A stretch of DNA of 64,000 bases from Selaginella moellendorffii (taxonomy: Eukaryota > Plantae > Lycopodiophyta), in the NCBI RefSeq assembly GCF_000143415.4, contig NW_003314295.1:1535950-1599949 (forward strand), read 5' to 3'. Of the stretch, positions 23,501-35,700 are shown one piece after another. A model generated the notes under the pieces. That model did not search any database. It was not told the DNA's origin and saw only the letters and a list, made by a program, of their open reading frames with translations. Every line of letters starts with the position of its first letter. Position 1 is the first letter of the stretch. The position numbers were made by a program, and so were the translations under genes.

Positions 23501-26500
23501 CTTCATCAATCTCTGGAACGGAACCATCTATAACTTCGGAATAAAAATGGCGGGGAAACTGCTGTAGTCGTTCCTGCTCCACTACTGGCTCCAAGTCCTC
23601 GACCTGAACCATTCCACAGCTCACGTCACCACCAAACAACCAATGCTTGAGTCGATCACTCGCTGTTCCATCTTCAAAAGGTGACAGCAGCAGGGCGTCG
23701 TAACCAGAGCAGGGCTCCACAGCTGCAACCTCCACTGAACTCTCATCATTCGACCGACTCTGCTCTGAACACACCTCACTCATACGCTCTCCTGCTTCTG
23801 ATCCAGTCGTGGTATCACTGCTGTCATCGATCCCATCCACTATCGGCTCACACGCTACTGGAGTCCAGGCCGGCCTCTTCCTTGTCCGAACTTGGATAGT
23901 GCGCGACTTGTTTCCATCTCCAATCGTAATAGTCCCCTTCGGCCAACTCTGATCTGCCCAGGCCTGTAACAGCCACGGTCTTCCCAAAAGAATTGGATAA
24001 TCCAGCTCGTGTCCAACCATCCTCAGCACCACGTAATCAACATAAAAGATAAAACCGGCAATCTCCGTCTTCACCCCAGTAAGTACACCAACCGGTCTCG
24101 AGCGAGAATGATTCGCCATGCAGACACGAAAATAAACTGGAGACGGCTGCTCCAACCCAAGTTTCGACACCATTTGCTCAGGCATTACGTTGATGGCAGC
24201 ACCTCCGTCAATCACGCACCCCTTCAAGTGCTGACCTGAAATCTCTGCATCTATAATCGGATTCTCTGCTTCGATCATCGGCCATGCTGCATTCACTACC
24301 ACCTCTCGATGGGCCTTGACTGCTGTGGCCACCACTTTCCTCAGACTTGGTGCCAGCTGTAGTAATTGCGCAAATGTGATACTCGGCTTCTGATTCTCTA
24401 AGTCCTTGAGCACGTCGTAGGGCTGAGTTTCCAGATTTAGCACCTGCTTATACCGGCGAGATCTCCGCTGGCCCATCTTCAACGGCTCACCCCCAAAATG
24501 TTCCTTGAATACCTCTGCCAGCCGCTGCGGCGTCGAGATGCCCACCTTCCTCATAACCTCTTGTGGATCCATTCCACCACTCACCTGGTTCGCGTCCGTT
24601 TCCTTGCCGTCATTAGGGCACTGAATAGTCCCCGTGATATTCTTGGCGAGATCTCCGCCATCGGCTATCGGCGCATCCTGAATGCCGCCTCCTTCCAGAC
24701 CTAAGTCGATCCCCATTTTTTCCTTGTGGCGCTGCTCCTTCCTGTTTTGGCGAGCTATCATCTCTGGATCCTCCTGAGTATGCGTCTGCTCAATTCCCTG
24801 TTCAGCCCTTGTTCTTGGCTCATCTCGGATGTACAACCCGCGGTCCCTCCGCTGCAACTGTGCTCGTGTGTTGACATTCCACACAGGTGTGTCCGCTCGT
24901 AACTCTTCAGAATTCACGAAAATGGCTTTAGTATCCACCACCTCTTTTCCCTTGTCCTGATTTTGACGCTGATTTGGCACTTGCAAGCGGTAGGGGCAAT
25001 CCTCCTGTCGATGAAGTCCTGTGTCTGGCATATCCCACAGATTGGCTGATACTCTTCAGACTTCTGTGCATTCGGACAGTTTGGCGCGATATGTCCAAGT
25101 TCCCCACACCGGTAGCACACTATCGGGCCTCGGCCTCGGCCTCCGCCTCTGCCTCCGAACATTCCCATCCGGCCGCCACCTCGGCCTCCACCAGCAGTCT
25201 GCTGCAGCATTGGCCCCGAGTTCTGCACAGCTCCTGGAGCTCCTACGTTAAAAACCGGGTACGTCTCATATTGCTGGTGCTGAACCTGCTGCTGGTGGTG
25301 AAATTGTGGTTGAACGTGCTGCTGTGGAAATTGTGGTTGAACGTAATAGCTCGTGACTACAGGTTGCTGCTGGAACTTGGGCGTCACACGAGCTGGATGA
25401 AAAAAACACTTCTCAGGCTTGTGGTCAAACTTCCCACAATAGGGACAAGGAGCTTTTGCTGGAACCAGATTTGGACACTCACTAGGATAGTGGCCATATC
25501 CTTGACACTTAATGCACCAGATCTCAGCTCTCTCATGCACTGGCCGAGTTGGAGCTCCCAAACCTTGAACTAGACTCACTTGGAGTTCTGCCATCTTCTT
25601 GGTAAGTGTCTCCACCACATCTTCTTTCACTTTCGTGAGTTGGCTCTCAAATCCGGTCGTGTTTACTGCAGGTAACTAGAGAACTGACGGCTGGACCGGA
25701 ATCAAAGGTGGAGCTGCTACGGCTCCAAGCACACCAGTCTGGTACTGTGCAATATTCGGTGAGAACAAGTTACCATATGTTACTGGTGGAGTTGCAGCTG
25801 CAATGACATCCGGGCCTGTTCCCATGTTGCTGCGTGCTCCACTGCTGCGTTCAAATCTGCCGGTCTTTGCACCTTCACGTGGAACCCGATTTCAAATGGC
25901 AACCCATTCAAGAACCAGCGGACTTGGTCGTCAGCGGCAGGCTGTGGATCTTTCCTCGCGAGCAGCCTCTTGTAGCGAAGAACATAATTTTGCAATGTCT
26001 CTCCAGGTAACAATTGAATTGAATTTAGCTCATCACTGATACGCTGCTTGAATCCCATAGGACGGAAAGCATTGAGAAATGCTGTTTTGAGGTCTGCCCA
26101 GGCTGCAAAGGCTGCTGCTGCATTCGCCTGACCATACCATTCTGCTGCTGCTCCCAGCAACGTCGCCGGAAACAGACGGACTCTCACAGCATCTGCCTGC
26201 TCCTGATTTGCTGTGCTGACATTTTCAAAAGCAGTTACGTGAGCGTCTGGATCGTCAGTCTGTGTAAACGTTGGATACTTCATCCTCGCGTTGGCAGGCT
26301 GTGCCATTTGAGGATTTACTGCTTGAGGTGTGGGCGATGCTGGTTCAAATGGCCCCCACTCCTCCCAATTCAAACTTGAGTCCGAAGTCCTCGGACTAGT
26401 TTCAGGGCTGGTTTCAGGCGAATTCTGCAACAGTCTCCTCGCTGCTCGTTCAGAACGGCCTCGATTCTGCTCTGCCCTTCTAGTAGAAAAATCTAGAAAA

Positions 26501-26550
26501 TTATCCCAGTCCGGGGATCTACCCGCCAGACCGAGAACCAACTGTGGCAA
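20571..26550 (-). pseudogene. Gag-Pol polyprotein (Gag, 4 CCHC knuckles, protease, RT, RNase H, integrase), interrupted
   Basis: Gag (DDPDAHV...WADLKTAFL), CX2CX4HX4C knuckles, PR CVIDGGAAINV, RT LDGFSGYN...VFLDDF, RH VDASAVAIG, INT H..GHFG..C..C and SDRGTHF. Stops at 25677, 22950 and 21777; frameshifts at ~25800 and ~25020. Confidence 0.95.
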
Positions 26551-26630
26551 GGATGCTTACTGCAGATGCCCGCAGATGACCGGCCTTTTCCTCAGGCCCG
26601 GTTTACTGCGCAGTTACTGCGACTAAGCCC

Positions 26631-26647
26631 TCCCGGCTAATGCACCA
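26631..26647 (-). promoter_or_regulatory. Primer-binding site, tRNA-Gly-like
   Basis: TGGTGCATTAGCCGGGA, 4 nt inside the 5' LTR; resembles the complement of a eukaryotic tRNA-Gly(GCC) 3' end. Confidence 0.7.
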
Positions 26648-26651
26648 AAAA

Positions 26652-27322
26652 TGTGGGGAAAAATACACGACAACCAAGAAAGACAGGAAAGACTCCCCTA
26701 GGGCTTATATTTCAGCAGTAACTACAAATCACTCATACTGAGTGCGCTGGGCCTGCAGTAACTCCTCTATGATCACACGTAGGTAACGGTACCACACTTG
26801 ACCACAGGTTGGACAAGTAGTTGGAATTTGCTGCTCCTCTTGAATTCTCAGCTCCTCGATCGCACACCTTATCCGCATGTTGTTGGTGACGCGATCAGCG
26901 ACGGGATCTCGACGGCCTATAGGAGGTCTCACCATCTTCGAGCAAAAAGAACTCCAGAACCCGAGAGAAAACAAGAACTGTAAAATAACTGAATGGCCGT
27001 ACCTAATTTCAAACTCCCAAAAACTTAAACACCAACCAATGGCTGAAACTTTCCCAGCTAATAACTCTTCATCCACAACTCCGATCGACTTGATTTCACC
27101 ACCAAAGAACTGCCCTTGATCAGATCTTCAACTTTCTAGAAAACAACTTCTTCAAATTCTCACTTCTGAAATCCGTCACTTTTTCTCTCTCTAGACGAAA
27201 TATTCATAAGAAGCTTCTTCAGCGAGCTTCTTCATTTTTCACCTTTTTTCTAACTCAGAAATACGTCAGTACTCACAAAAACAACCTCAAGTATGAAAAT
27301 ACAACCGTATATACGGTTGACA
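26652..27322 (-). repeat. 5' LTR (671 bp)
   Basis: Directly adjacent to the PBS; matches 19512-20182 except for 2 transitions. Confidence 0.95.
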
Positions 27323-28556
27323 ACAGTCAAGGAGTAAAGAATAGAAATATAATATTATATATTTATCATCTTTTTCTATTTATTAAGGAGTTAAACTCTA
27401 AAACCTTTGAATTAGCAAATTATCTCTTAAAATAAGCATTTTTTCTTTTTCATTGGTTTTAATATTTTATGTGAGTTTTATTGTACCTCATAACAGTTTG
27501 AACACTCTAATATTAGCAGCTTCTTTAGTTCCTCTTCTTTACCTTTAGTCAGATTTTGATATTCTGTGGAAGTCATATTAAGTGTTCTAACAATCTAATA
27601 TGACACTTCACTCATAATTTCAATAAATGGCAATTTGAATGAGGAAGCTATAAAACTTGGATTGCATGTCATCAATTAGAAAGTTGTTATTAGTACTAAA
27701 AACATGCCATGTAACTTGTCCAATATTCCACTTTGAATTCTTGTATAGCCTTGACTAGATATCTTCTTAGTTAGACCTCTTATTTGGTTCTCCACACTTT
27801 TTGAAAATATTGATCATGTTTTTTAGGATTTTGATTTTTTTATCCAGCATTTCACCAACATATTCAATGATAATGATCGAGTGCACTACCATCACTAAAT
27901 TGCAGCAATTGCACTAAGGCTCCAAGTTTATATTGGAATTCTTCCACATTAAGAGTGAGTAACTCAGTTATCATCTCATAGTTGAGTTGGAGAGGAATTT
28001 TAGTGTAGCTTAAGATCAGTTGTGAAAACATTGTGTTCTTGAGCTTGTCTAGGTGCAGGCTGAATGTTTTAGAGTTGTCCCACCAATCTGAGTGAAAAAA
28101 GGCTTGTTTGACATCTTTTGGTTGTATTTGTGGAAATTTGTGAGGATGTTGTAGTCAGCCATGGAAACATGATGATCCTAGGTGTAGAAAGGTGTCAAGC
28201 ATCACCCAGGAAAAGAAAAAAGTGAGTTAGTGAAGTTGTGGTGTAAGAGGAGAGTGTTTGGAGGAGTTGCCATTACTTAGACAACCAAGAATTGGCATCT
28301 GTTGCAGTGTATGACACCAAGAGCTGGGCTGCATCACTCCCATCTGGAAGAAGGCCATAATTAGGCCAGATTGGGTGCACTTAGGGCAGCCAGAGGCAAC
28401 AAAGAAGCAACAACCAGCTTTTAGAGCATGTGGAATAACACGAGATAAGTTACTACCCTCCCATTGCCACCACATGAATTAGTCTTTGCTTGGACTGTTT
28501 GCCCCTGAGGTACAAGCTCTTGCTCCATAAGTCTAGAATGATATTGATATATAGAT

Positions 28557-28558
28557 TA

Positions 28559-28605
<47 letters not shown>

Positions 28606-28612
28606 GTATATG
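28557..28612. repeat. Compound (TACA)n(TA)n microsatellite
   Basis: tatacatacatacat...atatatatat; it sits at the boundary between the TE-rich and gene-rich DNA. Confidence 0.9.
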
Positions 28613-28646
28613 CAAAAAATCTTTTTGCCCTAATGAAAACCCCTGG

Positions 28647-29993
28647 ATGATGCTACGGAGGAGCGTGCGCTTGGCGAGGCGCTGCTGTGGCGCTGCCCTC
28701 CAGGATCACATTCCATGGTATGTCCGCAGGAAGATTGCCAGAGACGCTAGCAGCGATGGCGTAGAGGGAGCGAAAAACGAACTCATTGCTAGGCCGCGAG
28801 AGAGTGATGGCTATGGGGCTAGAGTCGCAATGCAGGGGCATTTCGAGAGGGGGCCTCTGGAAAGCCTGGAAAGCGGGCAAGAAGATGAGAGCGAGGATGA
28901 GAGCGAGAGTGAGAGTCTGGAGGATTTGGGATACTTGAGTGATGTTCTAGCCAGTAAAAAAATCGAGTTAGAAAATTTCGCTAGAGGTGAGCTGAGTGAC
29001 CTTCAAGACAGTGAAGAACTCGAGGAAGAAGAGTCCGTTAGCAGTGAGGTGAGTGATCTTCAAGACAGCGAAGAACTCGAGGAAGAAGAGTGCGTTAGCA
29101 GTGAGGTGAGTGATCTTCAAGACAGTGAAGAACTCGAGGACGAATTTGAGGAAGAAGATCATCAGTTTGAAGAAGACGAAGAAGAAGTAGAAGATGAGCT
29201 TCAAAGACAATTTCGATCACAGTCGACCCAAGCTTCGGATCAACTCCTGCTGATTGCCGAGACATCATCAGACTCTGAGCCAGTGAGTTCTGTTTCTTTC
29301 CCTTGCTAAGTTTTTTTTTTCTATTTCATCTACTGTTATACAGGAAGACGAGGCTCCACCGACGAGCTTCTTGCACAAGCTGACGGTCCGCGAGGTTGCA
29401 AAGATTTTGAGAAAACTTCGTGGCATTGATCTCAAGATCTTGAACGTCCAAGCACGGTGCCAGTGGACAGACTACATGGTTTTCGTGTCTGGAAAGTCCA
29501 CGAGACATATCAGGGGCATGGCGGACAGTATAGTCGCAAGAGTAAGTCACTCTCCATCCTTTTTCCCTTCATGTTTTTCATGGTCTACTTTCCAGGTGAA
29601 GAAGAAATCCACAGAGGACAACCATTTGGAATTCCCATCTGTCGAAGGCCGCGCTTGCGAGCACTGGATGGTCGTCGACTGCGGTAACATTTTCATTGAT
29701 CGCTCATTCGTTTCTTCGTCCAACTCGTGTGCCTTGGATCTCCAGGCAGCATAGTCGTGCATGTCTTTAGCGAGGAGGCCCGCGCGCGCTATAATCTGGA
29801 GCAAAAGTGGGGAGGAGAAGAAGTACTCGTGGACGAGCAGAAAAAGGAAGAAGAAGAGCGAGACCGCGAGAGGGAGACGAAGGAACAAGGTGCTGCCGCG
29901 GCAACGTTACTTGGCCAAGAAACCTCGAAAAAGAAAAAGAAGAAAAAGGCAAGCGCTCGACCCGCTTCAATCGCTCCTCTTGTTCTTTGCTAG
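28647..29993 (+). CDS. Iojap-related/RsfS (MALSU1-like) ribosome silencing factor, probably mitochondrial (spliced)
   Basis: LTVREVAKIL...DYMVFVSGKSTRHIRGMA...EG...[25 protein letters not shown].KW; Arg-rich N-terminal presequence-like segment. Confidence 0.88.
28988..29140 (+). repeat. 57-bp coding tandem repeat (~2.7 copies) encoding an acidic tract
   Basis: The unit (E)VSDLQDSEELEEEE(S/C)VSS is repeated. Confidence 0.85.
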
Positions 29994-30160
29994 CTTCACT
30001 TTGCCATGGTTTATATATCTATCCAATATGAAAGAGCAGGAAGATTATAAACCAGGGAGAGAAAATTGTCTCCTCTAGATAGTACATTTGTTTGATCTTT
30101 GCGTAAAGATGATCTTTTGTTTCATCGTTCTCGATGTTATTTTGCACACCAACTTCTGGT

Positions 30161-31165
30161 CTAGTTGTTATCATCGCCAGGATTTGTCGAGTGCTGCTGG
30201 AAGAATCGCGCATCCACGATGAGCCTCGCGATCTCCCACTGCGTCTCGTTGCGCTTCTGCTGCAGCTCCTTGAGAACCTCGAGTCGCTTCTCTTCCAGCA
30301 TCTGCCGCCGCTGCTCCATCCTCTCCAGCGCGTCGATCATCATCTGCGCCACTTCTCTCATCTGGTGCTGCTGCTGCTGATGATGCTGCGGCTCCACTGG
30401 CGAGGAAGACGAGCCTGGAGCCACCACACGCTTACGTTTCTTCTTGCTTGCTTCTTTGCCATGGTGATGATCTTGATGAGACCACTGGTGTTGTTGCTGA
30501 TCCTGCCCCGGAATTCCAAAACGTGGTGGTGGCGGCGGCGGCGGCGGCAGCGTCGGTGGCGAGCAGAACGACGACCGCATCATCAGCTCCTCCTGGATCC
30601 CGTTGAGACCGACCAGAGCATCCTCCGAGCCTCCAATCCCGTCGTCAAACTCGGGGTGGTGATCCACGAACTGATCCGGCGGCGCTGGGACTTTCTCCGC
30701 GAGAGTAGCCGCCGCCGCCACCACTTTCGTATCAGCGCCGCCACCGCCAGCGGCTGTCTTCACCGTGATCCTCTCGATGCGGTTGTACCACTTCCACTTG
30801 ACAGGGGTGCCGAGCCGGCGCTTCTCACGGACCGTCTTGAAAGTTTTCTTGAGCGAGTCTATCTTGTTCTTGCAGCGGTTGTAGTTGTAGACGGGCTTCC
30901 CAGCTGCGCACTGAGCGTTGAGGCCGTCCACCACCTCCTGCCACTCCTTGGCCCGCAGCGTCCCCCTCTGGAGTGCCAAGTACCTCTCCGTGTAGAGATC
31001 CAGCAACACCAACGTTGCTCGGTCGTCCCACTCCTTCCACGCCTCCACCGGCGTTGCCGCTGCTCCTGTTGCTGTTACCGCCACCCCCGCGGTTGCCGCA
31101 TGCGACCCACCGCAGAATGCACCGTTGCCGTCCCGCAGCACCCCGCCGCCGCCTGCGTCCGCCAT
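30161..31165 (-). CDS. Trihelix transcription factor (Myb/SANT-like DNA-binding domain, ASIL/SIP1-like); upstream in-frame ATG at 31279
   Basis: WDDRATLVLLDLY...LRAKEWQEV...CKNKIDSLKK.FK...W.WY; C-terminal coiled coil. Confidence 0.85.
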   Translation of the reverse strand: MADAGGGGVLRDGNGAFCGGSHAATAGVAVTATGAAATPVEAWKEWDDRATLVLLDLYTERYLALQRGTLRAKEWQEVVDGLNAQCAAGKPVYNYNRCKNKIDSLKKTFKTVREKRRLGTPVKWKWYNRIERITVKTAAGGGGADTKVVAAAATLAEKVPAPPDQFVDHHPEFDDGIGGSEDALVGLNGIQEELMMRSSFCSPPTLPPPPPPPPRFGIPGQDQQQHQWSHQDHHHGKEASKKKRKRVVAPGSSSSPVEPQHHQQQQHQMREVAQMMIDALERMEQRRQMLEEKRLEVLKELQQKRNETQWEIARLIVDARFFQQHSTNPGDDNN

Positions 31166-31396
31166 AGCCACAAACGCCCACCCGCTTCCGTACACCGCAC
31201 CCCCTCTCGTACACCTCCTCCTCTTGTAATATTCCGCATTGTCACCTATAGCCTGTGATATACCACTGCTTTGCCGCATCCTGAAACAGTCCAGTCCAGT
31301 TGAGCTCCTGTTTGATGTTCATGAGAAGAGAAAGTGTTCGATGGTCATGAAAAATGAAAAGAAAGAAAACGTTACCCTGGATAAGAACGAGGTACG

Positions 31397-32615
31397 TCAA
31401 TGAACCGAGCGTCTGCGAACTATGTCGCCTACAACAGCTTGTTGCAAGCTCTGGCCAGTGGCCGATGTTGCTGTCAGGATTTCCAAAGGCTCTCGCATTG
31501 TAAAAACAACTTCTTTCGTTTTCCCGAAGTACACCTGGAAAAATCGCTAGTTGGGAGGATGCATCGGTGAGAAATATCTGTGATACCTGGTCCAAGCCGT
31601 TTCTCAGTTTGCTTTCCATATCCTCGATCATTCTACCCATGTTTCCAAGGTGGCCTTCTGTCGAGGGAAAATCAGCCTCCATCTGTGCCCATTCAATTTC
31701 AATTTCAATCATCATCTCTCTGGCAAGTGAGTCTTTGCAAACCTGTCGAACGATAGAGCCAGATAGACCAAAAGACATCGATGGATCGTCTTTCGTTGTG
31801 AAAGAAAGCATCACTGTGCTTGTAAGACAGTAGTGGGCTTCTCCTTCCTCTTCAGATACCTCCAAAAAGGCCAAAAAAAAAAAAAAAAAAAGCTGTAAGG
31901 CAACGAAACGATGGAGAACAACTACCTCAATAATGTGAATAGCATCCCACAGCCCGTGATCTAAGAGTCCACGACGTCCTTCTCCCTTTCGCGACCCATC
32001 TGAGACAAACAAGTATTAAAAGGAAGTAACAATAAACAAGATTATCGACCTTTCTTCACAAGAAAACAAGCCGCAAAGCCACCATTTTCCTCGGTTTCCC
32101 ACATATACACTGATGAAGTGCCACCTTCATAGTACCTACGACAAAGAATTTGGAAGACCACTTTTCCAGCCAACGAAAAAAGAAAACACGATCAAACTCA
32201 CTGGTCACGATAGATTGCAAAAACTTCGTTTGCTTCCACTTCCAGCTCACGGAGCTTCTCCGAGGGCATTGCTCCATCCTCGAGAGGAGGATCGTATTTG
32301 TTAGACCAAGGAGACCTGTAAAACACCATCTAGAACATAAAAAGCCCGAGAAGTATAGCACCTGTAAGAATCCCCGTCTCGATTATAGTCGCACAAGAGA
32401 TACTGTCGCCCAGATTCATCATCCCACGCTTCCTAGACGACGATCACAGAAGATAGAGTCGCAAAGATTTCGCCTTTGGAGCAAACCTGGAGTGGCTGAT
32501 CGACTTTGGAGAGAAGATCGGCGGAATGGTCCGGCAGGAGGACGAGCAGCGAGGCGAGCGCCATTTCCACCTCCGCCGGCGGCATTCGTCGTATAAGATC
32601 CATCGCCGCGTCCAT
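31397..32615 (-). CDS. CPB: F-actin capping protein beta subunit (spliced)
   Basis: [13 protein letters not shown]...[12 protein letters not shown]; [11 protein letters not shown]; WDAIHIIEV; [18 protein letters not shown]. Confidence 0.95.
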
Positions 32616-32715
32616 ACCTCCCTCCCTCGCGCTCTTCGATAAACCCTAAGCGCTTTTTCCAACAGTTCAAATTAGTACCACAATGTAGGGTTCTTATCTT
32701 TTATTTGCATTTGCG

Positions 32716-35700
32716 ATGCTTGCGCTCCTCTTCTTCTTCTCGATCGCGTGGGCGCCAGCCGAATCCAGGGGTGGAGCTGGAGCGGCTTGCACAGACTCCA
32801 GGTCCTCTTCGTTTCCCTTCTGTGATGTATCGCTTCCCGTGCCGGATCGAGTGGCGGATCTGGTCGGGCGCATGAATCTCTCCGAGAAGATTGCGCAAAT
32901 TGTGAGCAATGCGTCGGGGATTCCTCGGCTGGGAATTCCAGGCTACCAGTGGTGGGAAGAAGCTCTCCATGGCGTTGCGGAGAGCCCAGGAGTCAAATTC
33001 GCCGCCCCTGTTCCTTCGGCGACGAGCTTCCCTCAGGTTATTCTCACTGTGGCCTCGTTTAATTCCTCGCTATGGAACAAAATCGCCCAGGTACGATAGA
33101 AGGATTCTGGCTTGAATGTTGGTTGTTTTCCATGGAGTTTTTCTTGCTCGCGATTGAGTGATTGATTGATTTTGTTTCTTCTTTCTCGCGTGTAGATTTT
33201 TACTTTCTTGCTCGCGATTGATTGATTGATTTTGTTTCTTCTTTCTCGCGTGGAGATGCTTACGTTCTTGCTCGCCATTGATTCGTTGGTTTTGTTTCTT
33301 CTTTCTCGCTTAGAGATGTCTAGTTTCTTGCTCGTGATTGATTCATTGATTTTGTTTCTTCTTCCTGGCGTGGAGATTTTTACGGTCTTGCTCGCGATTG
33401 ATTCATTGGTTTTGTTTCTTCTTTCTCGCGTGGAGATTCTTATTCGATTAAGTATCCATGCAGCTCTTTGTTTTCTAGTGACATGGTTGATGATTCGAAT
33501 GTCGTTACGCGTTTCTATCTCGAGGCTTGCTTGTGAGCGTTTTGTTTGTTCGGTTTGTTTTGCATGTAAGCTTGACGTTTAGTTTCTTGGCAGGCTATAT
33601 CGATCGAGGCCATCGCAATGTACAATGCCGGAAGGTCAGGTCTCACATTTTGGAGTCCAAATATAAACATCTTCCGGGATCCAAGATGGGGAAGAGGCCA
33701 GGAAACCCCTGGAGAAGATCCGTTACTCTCGAGCAAGTACGCTGCTTACTTTGTGCGGGGCTTGCAAGAGGGTGACTACGATGAAGGCACAGCGATAAGT
33801 ACCATGCAAGGAAGTCCTACGAGGCTGAAGGTTTCATCATGCTGCAAGCATTTCACGGCATACGACATGGAAAAATCTGAAGGTACAGATTGTTTTCACT
33901 TTAATGCACAGGTAAAATGAACTGCTTGAAGTTAATTCTTTCCACCTTTGTTTCGAGTTAATGCGTTTTAAAACAGGTAACTGTTCAGGATTTGCAAGAT
34001 ACGTTTGATCCACCTTTCAGAAGCTGCATCGTTGATGGCCAAGCTAGCGGACTTATGTGCTCTTACAACAGAGTGAACGGAGTTCCAAGCTGTGCGGATT
34101 ATACATTTCTTACAGAAACAGTCAGGAATTCCTGGGGATTTGAAGGGTATGTGATCATGTAGCTGACTAATCTATTTTTCATGTCTTTTTTCTTCCGTCA
34201 GATACATTGTTTCAGACTGTGATGCAGTTGCACTTCTTTATGAATATATAAACTACACAACCACAGCAGAAGATGCTGTCGCCGATGTCCTATCAGCGGG
34301 TAACGAATAAAAGTCTTAAACTCTTTGTCGGCATACCTTCGTCCTACATTGTTCCAGGAATGGATTTGAATTGCGGAACGTTTCTTCTCAGACACACTGC
34401 TGCTGCCATTGAACAAGGAAAGGTGACAGAGGCGGCAGTAGATCGAGCTCTGTCGAATGTTATGACAGTGCGCATGAGGCTTGGTCTCTTTGACGGAAAT
34501 AGTGGTGAAACGTATAACTCGATTGGACCTGACGCTGTTTGCACCCCAGAACATCGGCAGTTATCTCTCGAAGCGGCTGAGCAAGGAATCGTGCTACTAA
34601 AAAATTCAGGAAACGTGCTACCATTTCCGAGAAATGATTTGATGACTATAGCCGTGATAGGTCCAAGCGGAAACGCAACTGAGACGATGCTGGGGAATTA
34701 TGCTGGTACGCGGCTTAAACTTTACATATTGCTTTTCTACAAGCTTTGTCATTTCAGGTGTTCCGTGTCAGTACATCACACCTTTCCAAGGACTTCAGGA
34801 ATACACCAAGTGCGTCGTTTTTGAGCCTGGCTGTAAAGACATTATGTGCAACGACACTACGCTCTTCTTGGCCGCTGTGAGAGCCGCAGAAAACTCTGAT
34901 GCTGTCGTTATCGTCGTTGGACTAGACAAGGACCAAGAAAGAGAAGGCCTTGATAGAACGAGCTTGCTCCTCCCGGGAAATCAACAGGGTTTGGTGCTAG
35001 AAGTTTCCAAGGTTGCAAAGGGACCTGTTATTCTCGTGGTTATGTCTGGCGGGCCTATAGACGTAACCTTCGCAAAAGAGAATTGCAAAATATCAAATGT
35101 CTTATGGGTGGGATATCCCGGTGAGGCGGGAGGCAAAGCGATAGCACGAGTGATATTTGGAGATCACAATCCAGGTACGGCTCCTTGTACTCTTAAGCGA
35201 GTTTCCATGGAACTCTTTTTTTAATTTTAATTTTTTTTTTGTAGCTGGAAGGCTTCCTATGACTTGGTATCCTCAGGCGTTCGCAGAACATGTTTCAATA
35301 CTCAACATGCATTTGCGTCCAAACACTTCAACAGGATTTCCCGGCAGAACTTATCGCTTCTACACCGGAGAAAACGTCTATGAATTTGGCCACGGCTTGA
35401 GCTACACCAACTTCACCTACACAAACTTTTGCGCGCCGAGTAACATCACCGCTCGTAACACTGTGGCAATTCGAACACCTCTTCGTGAAGACGGAGCCCG
35501 ACAATTTCCTATAGACTACACTGGGTGCGAGGCTCTGGCTTTTAAAGTGGTAGCCTACATCAGCAACACAGGGACACGAGATAGCGACCATATCTCGCTC
35601 CTGTACGCCATCCCGCCAGCTGCGAGTAGCAGTCTATCGCCTCCCAGGAAGCAGCTAATTTCTTTCAAGAGGCAGCATTTAATAGCAGGACGGTGTGCGA

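Larger units (their letters stand above)
19512..27322 (-). mobile_element. Full-length Ty3/Gypsy LTR retrotransposon (non-chromovirus; no chromodomain seen)
   Basis: 671-bp TG...CA LTRs, 5-bp TSD ACAGT (19507-19511 / 27323-27327), PBS, and gag-PR-RT-RH-INT order. Confidence 0.97.

Noticed and set aside
21777-25679. In-frame stops in gag-pol as programmed readthrough or RNA-editing sites
   Set aside because: One stop falls inside the conserved RT motif (GYNQ); there is no CARYYA context; simple C-to-T mutation explains them.
30134-31258. 374-aa + strand ORF
   Set aside because: Antisense shadow of the trihelix gene.
33226-33582. Hydrophobic repeat ORF (LFLLSRVE...)
   Set aside because: Translation of the 60-bp intronic minisatellite.
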